From a virus (Duplodnaviria; Caudoviricetes): a stretch of DNA of 39,005 nucleotides. Position 1 is the stretch's first letter. Every line of letters starts with the position of its first letter. A program made the position numbers and the translations under genes. The DNA lies in the IMG/VR virus record IMGVR_UViG_3300038393_001017, positions 1-39,005 of that record, one strand, 5' to 3'. Of the stretch, positions 7,540 through 15,781 are shown one piece after another. The notes under the pieces are model-generated. The model was not told where the DNA came from and did no database searches. It worked only from the letters and a program-made list of their open reading frames with translations.

Positions 7540-7999
7540 CTATCTGCCCGCGTTCGTTTGCGAGAGCAATCGGATCGAAGGAATTTACGAAACGACCGAC
7601 GCGCACATCGAGGCGCATCACAAGTTTCTCGACGGCGCGCTGACAATTCCGGCGCTCATCGAACTCGTATCAGTTCTACAGCCGGACGCGCGTTTTCGCA
7701 ATGCGGTGAACATTCCAGGCGTCCGTGTTGGCAACCATATCGCGCCCAAATCCGGTCCCGACATCGAAGGCAATCTCCGCCCCATCATCGCCATGCGCGA
7801 CCCTTGGGAACAGCACATCGCCTACGAGACGCTTCACCCCTTCACGGACGGCAACGGGCGCTCAGGCCGCGCTGTCTGGCTTCATCGCCATTGGCACGAG
7901 GAGGAACTCGACCCTTGGGCCGTCCGGCGAGGGTTCCTGCACAGCTGGTACTACCACACGCTGAGCAATGTGCGGCTTGGCAGGAGGGTGGCAGCATGA
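7526..7999 (+). CDS. Fic-domain protein (probable AMP transferase)
   Basis: Canonical HPFTDGNGRSGR motif. N-terminal SNRIEG fits the (S/T)xxxE(G/N) inhibitory motif. Confidence 0.88.
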   Translation: MDGFDYLPAFVCESNRIEGIYETTDAHIEAHHKFLDGALTIPALIELVSVLQPDARFRNAVNIPGVRVGNHIAPKSGPDIEGNLRPIIAMRDPWEQHIAYETLHPFTDGNGRSGRAVWLHRHWHEEELDPWAVRRGFLHSWYYHTLSNVRLGRRVAA

Positions 8000-8205
8000 C
8001 CGCGCACTTTCATCACAGCCGTTCGACCGAGCGAGCCTTCACCCCACGCCAGCCACTAAGACCGGCAATGCGTCAACAGATGTATCCTCCAATCGAGCCG
8101 ATGTACCCAAAGAAGAGGGACTGGTCTGCTCCTTGGCGTGTCGTGTCGTTCGTCACGATGACCGTCTGCACGCTATACGCGCTGTCGCTGTGGATCGTGA
8201 AATGA
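7996..8205 (+). CDS. Small protein with C-terminal TM helix
   Basis: GGAGG RBS, ATGA overlaps and a hydrophobic C-terminus. Confidence 0.55.
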   Translation: MTAHFHHSRSTERAFTPRQPLRPAMRQQMYPPIEPMYPKKRDWSAPWRVVSFVTMTVCTLYALSLWIVK

Positions 8206-9029
8206 CCGTAATCTCTAGGGAGGCCCGTGCAGCCGAAAAAGCGGCGGGCAACAACATGGCTACGCAGGTCAAAGACCTCCAGACCGTCGAACAGATCATC
8301 GATGAGAAAGACCGAGAGAACGCGATCATCAACGTTATTGCGCGGGCCGCGTCAGATCCGAACACCGACGTTGACAAGCTCGAGCGCCTGCTGGCGATGC
8401 AGGAGCGGGTTCTAGAGCGCGAAGCCGAACAGCGCTTCAACGTCGCGATGCTTCAGGCCCAGGAGGAAATGCGGCCTGTCCTGAAGAACCGCCAGAACAA
8501 GGAAACGCATTCGACCTATGCCGACCTTGAACAGGTCAGTTCGATCGTTGATCCAATCCTGAGAAAGAACGGTTTTTCGCTGTCGTTCGGGACGGCAGAT
8601 TGCCCCTATCCAGCGCATTACCGCGTGACCTGCAATGTATCGCACATCGGCGGATTTACGAAACTTTATCAGGCTGATGTGCCGGTCGATAATACGGGTC
8701 CGAAGGGCAGTCAGAACAAGACGATGACGCACGGTTTCGGCTCCGCGCTGAGCTACGGACGCCGCTACCTGAAGCTGCTGATTTGCGACATTGCCACAAC
8801 CGACGATGACGGGCGCGCAGCAGGCAATGGCGGCCCGATCAATGCCGAACAGCTAGCAGTCCTCAACGGTCTCGCGGATGCGGTGAAGGCCGACAAGATC
8901 GCCTTCTGCAAATATCTCAAGGTCGATTCCCTCCGCGATCTCGCCGCCGCCGATTACAACGACGCGATCCACGTCCTCAAGCAGAAGAACCAGGAAGCGG
9001 CTCGCCAGTACCTGACAGGAGGCAAGTGA
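8202..9029 (+). CDS. erf: ERF-family single-strand annealing protein
   Basis: YADLEQV and the GSALSYGRRYL ERF signature followed by DDDG; adjacent to an exonuclease. Confidence 0.85.
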   Translation: MTVISREARAAEKAAGNNMATQVKDLQTVEQIIDEKDRENAIINVIARAASDPNTDVDKLERLLAMQERVLEREAEQRFNVAMLQAQEEMRPVLKNRQNKETHSTYADLEQVSSIVDPILRKNGFSLSFGTADCPYPAHYRVTCNVSHIGGFTKLYQADVPVDNTGPKGSQNKTMTHGFGSALSYGRRYLKLLICDIATTDDDGRAAGNGGPINAEQLAVLNGLADAVKADKIAFCKYLKVDSLRDLAAADYNDAIHVLKQKNQEAARQYLTGGK

Positions 9030-9685
9030 TGGAGATATTCACCTGCGAGCAGGGTTCCGAGGAATGGGTGAAGGCTCGGCTCGGCATTCCAACCGCCTCC
9101 GAGTTCCACACCATCATGGCGAACGGGCGCGGCGGTGAGCCATCCAAGACGCGTCGCACCTACATGCTCAAGCTGGTCGGAGAAATCCTGACCGGCGAAC
9201 AGATGGAGGGCTATACCAACTATCACATGGAGCGCGGCAAGGTCATGGAGGACGAGGCCCGCGACCTCTACGCCTTCATGAAAGACACCTCGCCCCAGCG
9301 CGTCGGCTTCATCCGCAATGGCAACAAGGGATGCAGCCCTGACAGCCTCGTGGACGAAAACGGCATGGTCGAGATCAAGACCAAGCTTCCCCACCTCCAG
9401 GTCGATTACCTACTGAGCGATCGCGTTCCACCCGAGCATGTCGCGCAGTGCCAAGGCGCACTGTGGGTTGCCGAGCGCGAGTGGATCGACTTCGTATCCT
9501 ACTGGCCCAAGCTGCCGATCTTCGTGACGCGAACCTACCGTGACGAGGAATACATCGCCAAGCTCTCGGCGGCAGTCGATCAGTTCAACGACGAACTGGC
9601 CGAGTTGGTCGAGAGCGTGCGCCGACGCGAAGGCGGTTCACAGCTTCGTGAGCAACTCAGCGGCTCGCTGGAGGCTGCGGCGTGA
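9026..9685 (+). CDS. YqaJ / lambda exonuclease-family protein
   Basis: QGSEEWVKARLGIPTASE, GCSPDSLV, VEIK and AQCQ..LWV motifs. Confidence 0.9.
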   Translation: MMEIFTCEQGSEEWVKARLGIPTASEFHTIMANGRGGEPSKTRRTYMLKLVGEILTGEQMEGYTNYHMERGKVMEDEARDLYAFMKDTSPQRVGFIRNGNKGCSPDSLVDENGMVEIKTKLPHLQVDYLLSDRVPPEHVAQCQGALWVAEREWIDFVSYWPKLPIFVTRTYRDEEYIAKLSAAVDQFNDELAELVESVRRREGGSQLREQLSGSLEAAA

Positions 9686-9897
9686 GATACAGCCACTTCG
9701 CCCATATCCCCGATCCCGGCGTGTTTACGCGCAAGCTCAACGACGAGCAGGCTCAGCAGGTCGTCAGGATGAAGGACGAGCGCCGCCTCACATGGTGCGC
9801 AATCGCCTATTGGTTCACGCGGAACGGTACGCCTGTCTCGTATCAGGCGGTGCGGGAGACATATTATCGCGCCAAGGAAATGAGGAAGGCCGCCTGA
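9682..9897 (+). CDS. Small HTH-like protein
   Basis: GGAGG RBS; LTWCAIA...VSYQAVRE pattern. Confidence 0.55.
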   Translation: MRYSHFAHIPDPGVFTRKLNDEQAQQVVRMKDERRLTWCAIAYWFTRNGTPVSYQAVRETYYRAKEMRKAA

Positions 9898-10262
9898 TGC
9901 TTCGCGTGTCCACCAAGGCGCGCCATAGGAACGCGCCTCGCATCGCTGACAAGAGTGCGCCGCAATTTCTTCAATGGCTGCGCGGTAGGCCATGCATCCT
10001 TGCGCTCAATGGTGAGTGCGAGGGCAAGATTGAGGCGGCCCACATCGACTTCGCTGGCGGGAAGGGCATCAGATCGAAGGTAGCCGACCGCTTCGCTATA
10101 CCGATGTGCGCCAAACATCACCGCCAGCAACACAGCCAAGGCTGGCAGACGTTCATGGCTTCGATCAACGCGAGCCGTCTGACGATCCTGGAAGCCGCCT
10201 CCGAATACTGGCGCGCTTGGCCCGGTCGAGCAGCTTGGGAAAGGAAGCTCAGCGATGGCTGA
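9897..10262 (+). CDS. DUF968-like putative HNH nuclease
   Basis: FLQWLRGRPC...EAAH...KVADRFAIPMCAKHHRQQH. Confidence 0.7.
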   Translation: MLRVSTKARHRNAPRIADKSAPQFLQWLRGRPCILALNGECEGKIEAAHIDFAGGKGIRSKVADRFAIPMCAKHHRQQHSQGWQTFMASINASRLTILEAASEYWRAWPGRAAWERKLSDG

Positions 10263-10689
10263 CGCACCGCCCCTCTTCTTCGAGCGCAGGCTTGGCGGCC
10301 TATTCCCCGCCTGCCCCGCCGCTGAGAAGGCGCTGAGCGCGGTTCAGGGTCGCGTCCGGGTCAAGATCACCCGCACCCAGGGCAACAACAAGCGCATTGC
10401 CCTCTATTGGATCGTGCTCGGCATTGCCGCCCCGATGCTATCCGAGAAGTGCTCCGGTGACGCGATCGACGACCAGATGCTCCACGAGATCCTGAAGGAC
10501 CGGCGCGGGCTCTACTCAACCACCGTCCTGCCAAGCGGAGAGATCGTCAAGAACTACCGCTCCATCAGCTTTCACCAGATGGCCGAGCATGAGCGCGCCA
10601 AGTTTATCGACTGGGCTTTCGAGACTTTGAGCAAATGGCTCGATGTTCCGGTGGAGACGCTGACCGAAGAAGCGAGGAACGCAGCATGA
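10255..10689 (+). CDS. DUF1367/NinB-like recombination-associated protein
   Basis: C-terminal RSISFHQM.EHE..KFID pattern and position in the recombination module. Confidence 0.55.
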   Translation: MADAPPLFFERRLGGLFPACPAAEKALSAVQGRVRVKITRTQGNNKRIALYWIVLGIAAPMLSEKCSGDAIDDQMLHEILKDRRGLYSTTVLPSGEIVKNYRSISFHQMAEHERAKFIDWAFETLSKWLDVPVETLTEEARNAA

Positions 10690-10729
10690 GGTCTGAGCCT
10701 GAAAGCAAAGAGGATGCGGCGTAATGGGA

Positions 10730-10819
10730 TTTGGGCGCGTGCTTCGCACCGGGCTTTCGTCCCTTCGGGATCGAGCCGCCAATCTCCGTAGGCGTCTCGC
10801 CGCTTCGCGCTTCAATCCC
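10730..10819 (-). repeat. Multi-hairpin structured element, copy B
   Basis: Minus strand reads GGGATTGAAGCGCGAAGCGGCGAGAC...GGCTCGATCCCGAAGGGACGAAAGCCCGGTGCGAAGCACGCGCCCAAA, collinear with copy C. Confidence 0.7.
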
Positions 10820-10870
10820 TCGCGCATATGGCGGACCATATTGCCGAACCCGACAAAATGGTCTGGCCCG

Positions 10871-10937
10871 TCACATGTCATCACATGTCGTATGTCTTTG
10901 TCACATCATTTTGCTCACACGGGCAATATGATGTGAC
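10871..10937. promoter_or_regulatory. 10-bp periodic TCACAT repeats plus a long inverted repeat over the xis start
   Basis: TCACATGTC at 10871 and 10881, TCACATCAT at 10901. GTCACATCAT (10900-10909) pairs with ATGATGTGAC (10928-10937). Confidence 0.55.
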
Positions 10938-11181
10938 GCCAGCGCGGCTCGCCTTGATGCCTCACTGGCCTGCCCGCATGGGTGAGGACTTGGCCGCGCT
11001 CTACCTTGGCGTATCCATGACCAAGTTCCGCGAGCGGGTCAAAGCCAAGAGCTATCCGCAACCCGTGAGGGAGGGTGGAAGGCTACTATGGGCGAAGCGC
11101 CAGCTTGATCTATACGTCGATGCTCAGTTCGGAATCGCGAACGCTGAGCAGGACGACCCGACATGGGCAGACTTACGATGA
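10933..11181 (+). CDS. xis: Excisionase / AlpA-like HTH protein
   Basis: WPARM...AALYLGVSMTKFRERV...YPQP...GGRLLW...LD; its stop overlaps the int ATG. Start is GTG 10933 or ATG 10957. Confidence 0.75.
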   Translation: MTPARLALMPHWPARMGEDLAALYLGVSMTKFRERVKAKSYPQPVREGGRLLWAKRQLDLYVDAQFGIANAEQDDPTWADLR

Positions 11182-12185
11182 AGGGGCTTCACCAGAAGAA
11201 AGACGGGCGGCTCTACTACCGCCGCAAGGTCAATGGCCGCGACCAGTATATCCGATTGCCAGCCCTGAACGACCCCAGCTTCGCTACAGCGTACCAGCGG
11301 GCCGCGCACGAGGAATGCAGGGCAAAGCCCGCTGAAGGCTCTCTGGCGGCCCTCGTAGCGGCTTACAGGGCCTCTCCCGAGTACAAGCTGATCCCGTCCG
11401 CCAACACGCGCTCCAATTACTCCCGCTATCTCGACATGATCGCCGCCGAGCACGGGCATCGCACCGTCAAGGGAGTTCGGGTTGCCGACATCTACACCAT
11501 CCGCGACAGGATGGCCGATACACCTGGAAAGGCCAACAACTGGCTCACCGTGTTTAAGACGCTGATGGCCTTTGCCGCCAAGAAAGATTGGCGCGGGGAC
11601 AACCCGGCACTCGGGATCACCGCGCTTCCCATCGGAGAGCATGAGCCGTGGCCCGCTGACGTGCTGGAGAAGGCGCTTGAGAAGGCGTCTCCAATGACGC
11701 GGCTTGCGATTGTCACGGGGCTGTGCAGCGGTGCGAGGATCGGGGATTGCGTGCTGATGCAGCATGGCTGGATCCAGCGCGGCATGATGGAGTTCGTGAC
11801 CGAGAAGCGGAAGGTCGATGTGGCCGTTCCCGTGCATCCGTTCTGGATCGAGGAAATGGGCAAGGTCGAGCGCAAGGCTGTGACCATCCTCTATGACCGG
11901 TCGGGAAAGCCGTTCGCCTCGCGCCGGACATTGGGCGAGCGCATCCGCGACTTGATGATTGCTATCGGCCATCCCGGCTACAGCTTCCACGGTCTGAGGA
12001 AGAACGCAGCCTGCTATCTCGCCGAGCTCGGATTGAGCGACACGGAGATCGGCGCAATCGTCGGCATGACGCCAGAAACCGTGCGACACTATACTAAGCG
12101 CAAGCGGGCCTACATGATCGCCCGTGGCGCTGCCGAGCGCGTGACAAAGGGGGACGTGATCCATCTAAAAGGGGGACAACGCTAA
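11178..12185 (+). CDS. int: Tyrosine integrase
   Basis: GARIGD (R), HGLRKN (HxxR) and VRHYT (Y); attP follows immediately. Confidence 0.92.
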   Translation: MKGLHQKKDGRLYYRRKVNGRDQYIRLPALNDPSFATAYQRAAHEECRAKPAEGSLAALVAAYRASPEYKLIPSANTRSNYSRYLDMIAAEHGHRTVKGVRVADIYTIRDRMADTPGKANNWLTVFKTLMAFAAKKDWRGDNPALGITALPIGEHEPWPADVLEKALEKASPMTRLAIVTGLCSGARIGDCVLMQHGWIQRGMMEFVTEKRKVDVAVPVHPFWIEEMGKVERKAVTILYDRSGKPFASRRTLGERIRDLMIAIGHPGYSFHGLRKNAACYLAELGLSDTEIGAIVGMTPETVRHYTKRKRAYMIARGAAERVTKGDVIHLKGGQR

Positions 12186-12217
12186 ATGGCGCTAAAAAAT
12201 TCCCTTTGTTTTCAAGC

Positions 12218-12263
12218 TGGTGACCCCAACGGGACTCGAACCCGTGTTTTCGCCGTGAAAGGG
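12218..12263 (-). other. attP core: 3' half of tRNA-Glu(UUC)
   Basis: Minus strand CCCTTTCACGGCGAAAACACGGGTTCGAGTCCCGTTGGGGTCACCA gives the anticodon loop (TTC), T-arm and CCA. There is no 5' half. It lies 32 bp after int. Confidence 0.88.
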
Positions 12264-12355
12264 AATTGCCCTTTTAAATCAACGGCGCGTCCCGCCTTTC
12301 GCGCTTTGTTCCGCTCATTGAATCTCAATAGCTTACAGATGAAGGGGGACGGATT

Positions 12356-12652
12356 ATGACGGGAGGATGGAACCCGACGTGGCCGCCACGCGGCGTTTGC
12401 GCGAACTACTTGTGTTCGCAGTGGGGCTGTCAGGGGCATTGCGGATGGCGACCGCCGCCGCCACAGCAATTCACCTTCCCACAGCCGCGTGGTTGCATTT
12501 GCCCGCCAGGAAGTGAAAAGACTTGCGAAGGTTTTGGTTGCCCGCGAAAGCCGCTCTCCGCGTCAGCGATCGAAGCCCGAAGGGCGGCGACAACAGGCTC
12601 GGTCGGCGAAGCCGATGGTGGCCCGGTCGCTGAAAGCGAGACGCCAAGATGA
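12356..12652 (+). CDS. Cys/Pro-rich hypothetical protein ending in structured element copy C
   Basis: AAGGGGG RBS and ATGA overlap with the next ORF. Confidence 0.45.
   Translation: MTGGWNPTWPPRGVCANYLCSQWGCQGHCGWRPPPPQQFTFPQPRGCICPPGSEKTCEGFGCPRKPLSASAIEARRAATTGSVGEADGGPVAESETPR
12566..12648 (+). repeat. Multi-hairpin structured element, copy C
   Basis: GCGATCGAA GCCC-GAA-GGGC ... GGCTCG GTCGGC-GAA-GCCGAT ... GCCCGG TCGC-TGAAA-GCGA GACGCCAA. Confidence 0.7.
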
Positions 12653-12807
12653 AGTCTACACCCAATAAGCTAACCAGAGATGCCGACCGGATTCCGTCAA
12701 TTCGCGAAGCCAATGAGGCGCTGGCTTTCGTCAAGCGGATGCACAAGCTGCGAACCGAGGCAGAAGGAAGAGCTTATCACGAGTGGCTTAATTCGCGCAG
12801 GAGATGA
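12649..12807 (+). CDS. Hypothetical protein (52 aa)
   Basis: MKSTPNKLTRDADRIPSIREANEALAFVKRMHKLR...; ends 3 bp from the converging late gene. Confidence 0.4.
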   Translation: MKSTPNKLTRDADRIPSIREANEALAFVKRMHKLRTEAEGRAYHEWLNSRRR

Positions 12808-12810
12808 GGA

Positions 12811-14289
12811 CTAGGGAACCGGCACCAATCGATGTGGCGGGAAAGCTGGGCTCTCCGCATTCTTGATCCGTGTTCCGTTACCCAAGTCTCCACTGGAGCA
12901 AGTCGCATGTCGATCGATACAGTTGGCCTGCCATGTCTGCTTGACCGTTGGGGACCAGGCTTCCTCATAGTCGAAGTGCAGCGTTGAGCCGGCCGGCACG
13001 GGTGAGTTCGGCCCTACCACAAATCCCGGAACCATCTCATCCGATGACAGGTGCCACTTGCCAGCTACGAAATTGGCATCCGTCGTGAAGAACACCTGAC
13101 CCTGCCACGCCGCAATCGCATAAGGGTGATCGGTCGGACACTTCTGGCCGCCGCTTTCCGGTGTCCCATAGGCCAAGTGAGAGCGATGATCGGGAACGTC
13201 GAGGTGGATCCCGTCCCAACAGTCCGGCCCCGCGAAGATGATATTGAGGATGGCACCTGAAGGGCAACCCGCTTGTACTGCGGCAGCGATACTGTGGAAC
13301 ACACCCGCTACCGCGACATCACCCTGGTAATCCGTCCAGCAGACGATCTTTGAGGCCCAATAGTCCATCGAATTAGGATCGTTGATGCCGCCGGTCATAG
13401 TCGTCGGGTTCCAGCCATAAACGTACTTGATCCCGTTCGGCAGTGGAACGCACTGGCTCGCTCGGAACAGGCATGTGGTGGAACCGGCCGGCTGCTGCTT
13501 GTAGTAATTCTGGATCAGATCGGGGAGAACGACGTTCCCCGCTCCATCAAGCATGGCAGGCATCCAGTAGGCCGTGCGGTTGACCGGATAAGTGCCGTTA
13601 CCGCAGGTGGTCGTTCCAGTCGTTCTAAGGCTGCTGTACGTCGAATAGGCGTCCATCCCCTGGTTGCCCCACACGACGTGAAGATGGGACACTCCCGGTT
13701 GTCCAGGGTACACCACGGGATCATCGCGGATCAGTTTACCCGCGTTGCACAGCATCCGGAACGCGCCGACATCATCGAATGACGGACCGGCTATCCCCCC
13801 GGGCGCTGGCTCGAGGCCGAGCGATGTGTCGAAATTATCCGCAATCGGCGCCTGTATCTGGTTGTTGCTCGGCGGATTGACGATCGGCGTTGGGTCGTCG
13901 TCGGTAATCGTGACGGTCGCCTGAGAGCGAACCACACTGGCGTTGCGTACCGATTTCATGACGATGGTGAAGGTCTCGACCGGCTCGAACACCGCGTCAT
14001 TGATGATTGGAACCGAGAAGGTCTGGGAAGTCGTGGTGCTTCCCAATGTGATCGACTGGCTGACAGCCGTATAGTCGGATCCGGCCTGAGCTGTCCCGTC
14101 GACGGTCTGGACGGAAACGATCGAATAGCTCTTGCTGAGTGCCTTGCTGATGGTGACGGTGCAGTTGCCGACATTCTCGGCACAGGTCACGTCAGCGATG
14201 GAGACGGAAGGCGCGGAGTTTACAGGCTTCCTCGCGGCCGATGGGGACAGCGCCAGAAGCGCGAGGCAAAGGAGGAGAAGCCGCTTCAC
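12811..14289 (-). CDS. Secreted protein: signal peptide + Calx-beta + DUF1996-like domain
   Basis: GTG 14289 overlaps the o-spanin stop; KRLLLLCLALLALSPSAA is a signal peptide. TVDGTAQAGSDY...IINDAVFEPVETF...ITDDD is Calx-beta. DDPVVYPGQPGVSHLH..WGN, TTC, NRTAYWMP, PDCWDG..LD..DHRSH, CPTDHP and TLHFDY are DUF1996-like. Confidence 0.8.
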   Translation of the reverse strand: MKRLLLLCLALLALSPSAARKPVNSAPSVSIADVTCAENVGNCTVTISKALSKSYSIVSVQTVDGTAQAGSDYTAVSQSITLGSTTTSQTFSVPIINDAVFEPVETFTIVMKSVRNASVVRSQATVTITDDDPTPIVNPPSNNQIQAPIADNFDTSLGLEPAPGGIAGPSFDDVGAFRMLCNAGKLIRDDPVVYPGQPGVSHLHVVWGNQGMDAYSTYSSLRTTGTTTCGNGTYPVNRTAYWMPAMLDGAGNVVLPDLIQNYYKQQPAGSTTCLFRASQCVPLPNGIKYVYGWNPTTMTGGINDPNSMDYWASKIVCWTDYQGDVAVAGVFHSIAAAVQAGCPSGAILNIIFAGPDCWDGIHLDVPDHRSHLAYGTPESGGQKCPTDHPYAIAAWQGQVFFTTDANFVAGKWHLSSDEMVPGFVVGPNSPVPAGSTLHFDYEEAWSPTVKQTWQANCIDRHATCSSGDLGNGTRIKNAESPAFPPHRLVPVP

Positions 14290-14564
14290 GGCCGGATCGA
14301 TTCTGGACAAGTGACGGTGGCGCCGCGGTCCCTGTGCCAGCGACAGACACGCGCCAGAGCTCGGCGGCAGTCTTCGCCTGCCTCCCTCACCGCCTTGTCC
14401 CATTTCAGCCCGCTGGGATCGGCGATCATCAGCGTGTCGATGTTGGGCTCATCGAGACAAACAAGGTCAGCAATCGGGGGATGGCTGGCCGGCGTGGCGG
14501 GCGGTGGTGAATTGCTACAGCCCGCGAGGGCCACGCAAGCGAGAAAGGCCAGCGCGTTTTTCAT
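14286..14564 (-). CDS. o-spanin (Rz1-like lipoprotein)
   Basis: MKNALAFLACVALAGC lipobox followed by a Pro-rich, Cys-containing region; AGGAG RBS; in the lysis cluster. Confidence 0.72.
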   Translation of the reverse strand: MKNALAFLACVALAGCSNSPPPATPASHPPIADLVCLDEPNIDTLMIADPSGLKWDKAVREAGEDCRRALARVCRWHRDRGATVTCPESIRP

Positions 14565-15136
14565 GCGGCGCTCCTGTTGTATCGTCGGCCCCGAGGGACA
14601 GGCGGGTACGTATCGTTTAGGTCTGAGTAGGTTCGGCCCGTTCCGGCAGCGCAGGCGGTCATCACGCTGACGCTGAACCGCTGGCTCAGTTCTTCCCACC
14701 GCCAGCCTTGGCGGCGCAGTGTCCTGATCTCGGCCACATGCTCAGCGGTGAGCTTTGCCGCCTTGTGCGAAGTGCCGATCCAATATGTGCCGTGCAGCTT
14801 TTTGTCGGCCGCATTTTCCTTCCGTGAAGCCCAGCGGAGATTTTCTAGCCTGTTGTCGGCTCGGTCCCCGTTGTTGTGCGCAGCGTGGTGCTGGTCATCG
14901 CCGGGAGGACCCACAAATGTTTCGAGAACCAAGCGGCTTACGCGAAACGTTCGCGAGCCGAGGGTGACTTGTATGTAGCCCTTGGGGTCTTTCGCTCCGG
15001 CAACGATACGCCCTGTCTTTACGGCGGGGTGCGGACGGGCAACCGACCACACGCGCCCCTTATTGGAAATATCGTAGCGGCCCTCAAAGCCGACCAGCGG
15101 CCTCCACTCCTCTCCGGGAAGGTTGTCCCTTGTCAT
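14561..15136 (-). CDS. NUMOD4-HNH homing endonuclease
   Basis: EEWRPLVGFEGRYDISNKGRVWS (NUMOD4) and AHNNGDRADNRLENLRWASRKEN (HNH). Confidence 0.88.
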   Translation of the reverse strand: MTRDNLPGEEWRPLVGFEGRYDISNKGRVWSVARPHPAVKTGRIVAGAKDPKGYIQVTLGSRTFRVSRLVLETFVGPPGDDQHHAAHNNGDRADNRLENLRWASRKENAADKKLHGTYWIGTSHKAAKLTAEHVAEIRTLRRQGWRWEELSQRFSVSVMTACAAGTGRTYSDLNDTYPPVPRGRRYNRSAA

Positions 15137-15138
15137 GG

Positions 15139-15513
15139 TCAGCAGCTCGGGACCGGGGCGTTGTTCCGCCGCGCTAATTGCTGCTTGGAAACACAAGCAT
15201 AGTACGCCTTGCGGGGATCAGTCCCATTGCGGCGGGCTTCATCGATAGCCTCCTGGGCTTGGGTGCTTTCGTCTTTCTGGCGGGCGGCGTCGGTCACGCG
15301 GCTGTCAGCGGCGTTGCTGTCGGCAGCGCGATCGGCCTTGGCGTTGGCTTCGCCCTGCTTGGCGTCGTGAGCAGAGATGACGCGGGAATCGTGGATCTTC
15401 ACGGCTGCGAACACGGCGAGGAGCAACAGCAGCACGCCGGTTCCGATGACGGCCGCTTTGCGGAAGGGCTCGGGAATGCCGATGCCGGCGGCGAGCGAGA
15501 GCAGCCAGGACAT
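15139..15513 (-). CDS. i-spanin (Rz-like)
   Basis: N-terminal TM helix, Ala/charged coiled-coil region and C-terminal cysteines. Confidence 0.68.
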   Translation of the reverse strand: MSWLLSLAAGIGIPEPFRKAAVIGTGVLLLLLAVFAAVKIHDSRVISAHDAKQGEANAKADRAADSNAADSRVTDAARQKDESTQAQEAIDEARRNGTDPRKAYYACVSKQQLARRNNAPVPSC

Positions 15514-15620
15514 TATTCCACGCCCCCCTCATTCGCCGAACCTCGAGCAAACAGCGCCCCGACAACGGCAATCACCAGCGCGAAGGCGGCGATGAGTAGA
15601 ACGATGTCGAAGAAACTCAT
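15513..15620 (-). CDS. 35-aa single-TM peptide
   Basis: MSFFDIVLLIAAFALVIAVVGALFARGSANEGGVE, with one-base overlaps at both ends. Confidence 0.55.
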   Translation of the reverse strand: MSFFDIVLLIAAFALVIAVVGALFARGSANEGGVE

Positions 15621-15781
15621 CAGAGGTACCCGGCCTTCTGAAGGATCAGCACCACGCCAATGAGGATGATGAGGGCCTTGATGATCCCGTTGAACGGCTG
15701 GGTGAGCCCGAGCTGATCGACCGCCCAGACGAGCAAAACCAGGATGATGACGACGACCAGCAGAAATAGGATGAGGCTCAT
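15620..15781 (-). CDS. Small two-TM membrane protein
   Basis: MSLILFLLVVVIILVLLVWAV...IIKALIILIGVVLIL; GGGAG RBS. Confidence 0.65.
   Translation of the reverse strand: MSLILFLLVVVIILVLLVWAVDQLGLTQPFNGIIKALIILIGVVLILQKAGYL

Noticed and set aside
11124-12164. 346-aa minus-strand ORF
   Set aside because: Antisense shadow of the integrase with no motifs, expected in GC-rich DNA.
12218-12300. Functional tRNA-Glu gene
   Set aside because: Only the 3' half is present; there is no D-arm or 5' acceptor strand, so it is interpreted as attP.
12790-12830. Intrinsic terminator between converging early and late units
   Set aside because: The stops are 3 bp apart and no hairpin plus U-tract is visible.
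14561-15136. Group I intron around the HNH gene
   Set aside because: No non-coding space flanks the ORF and both neighbours look complete.
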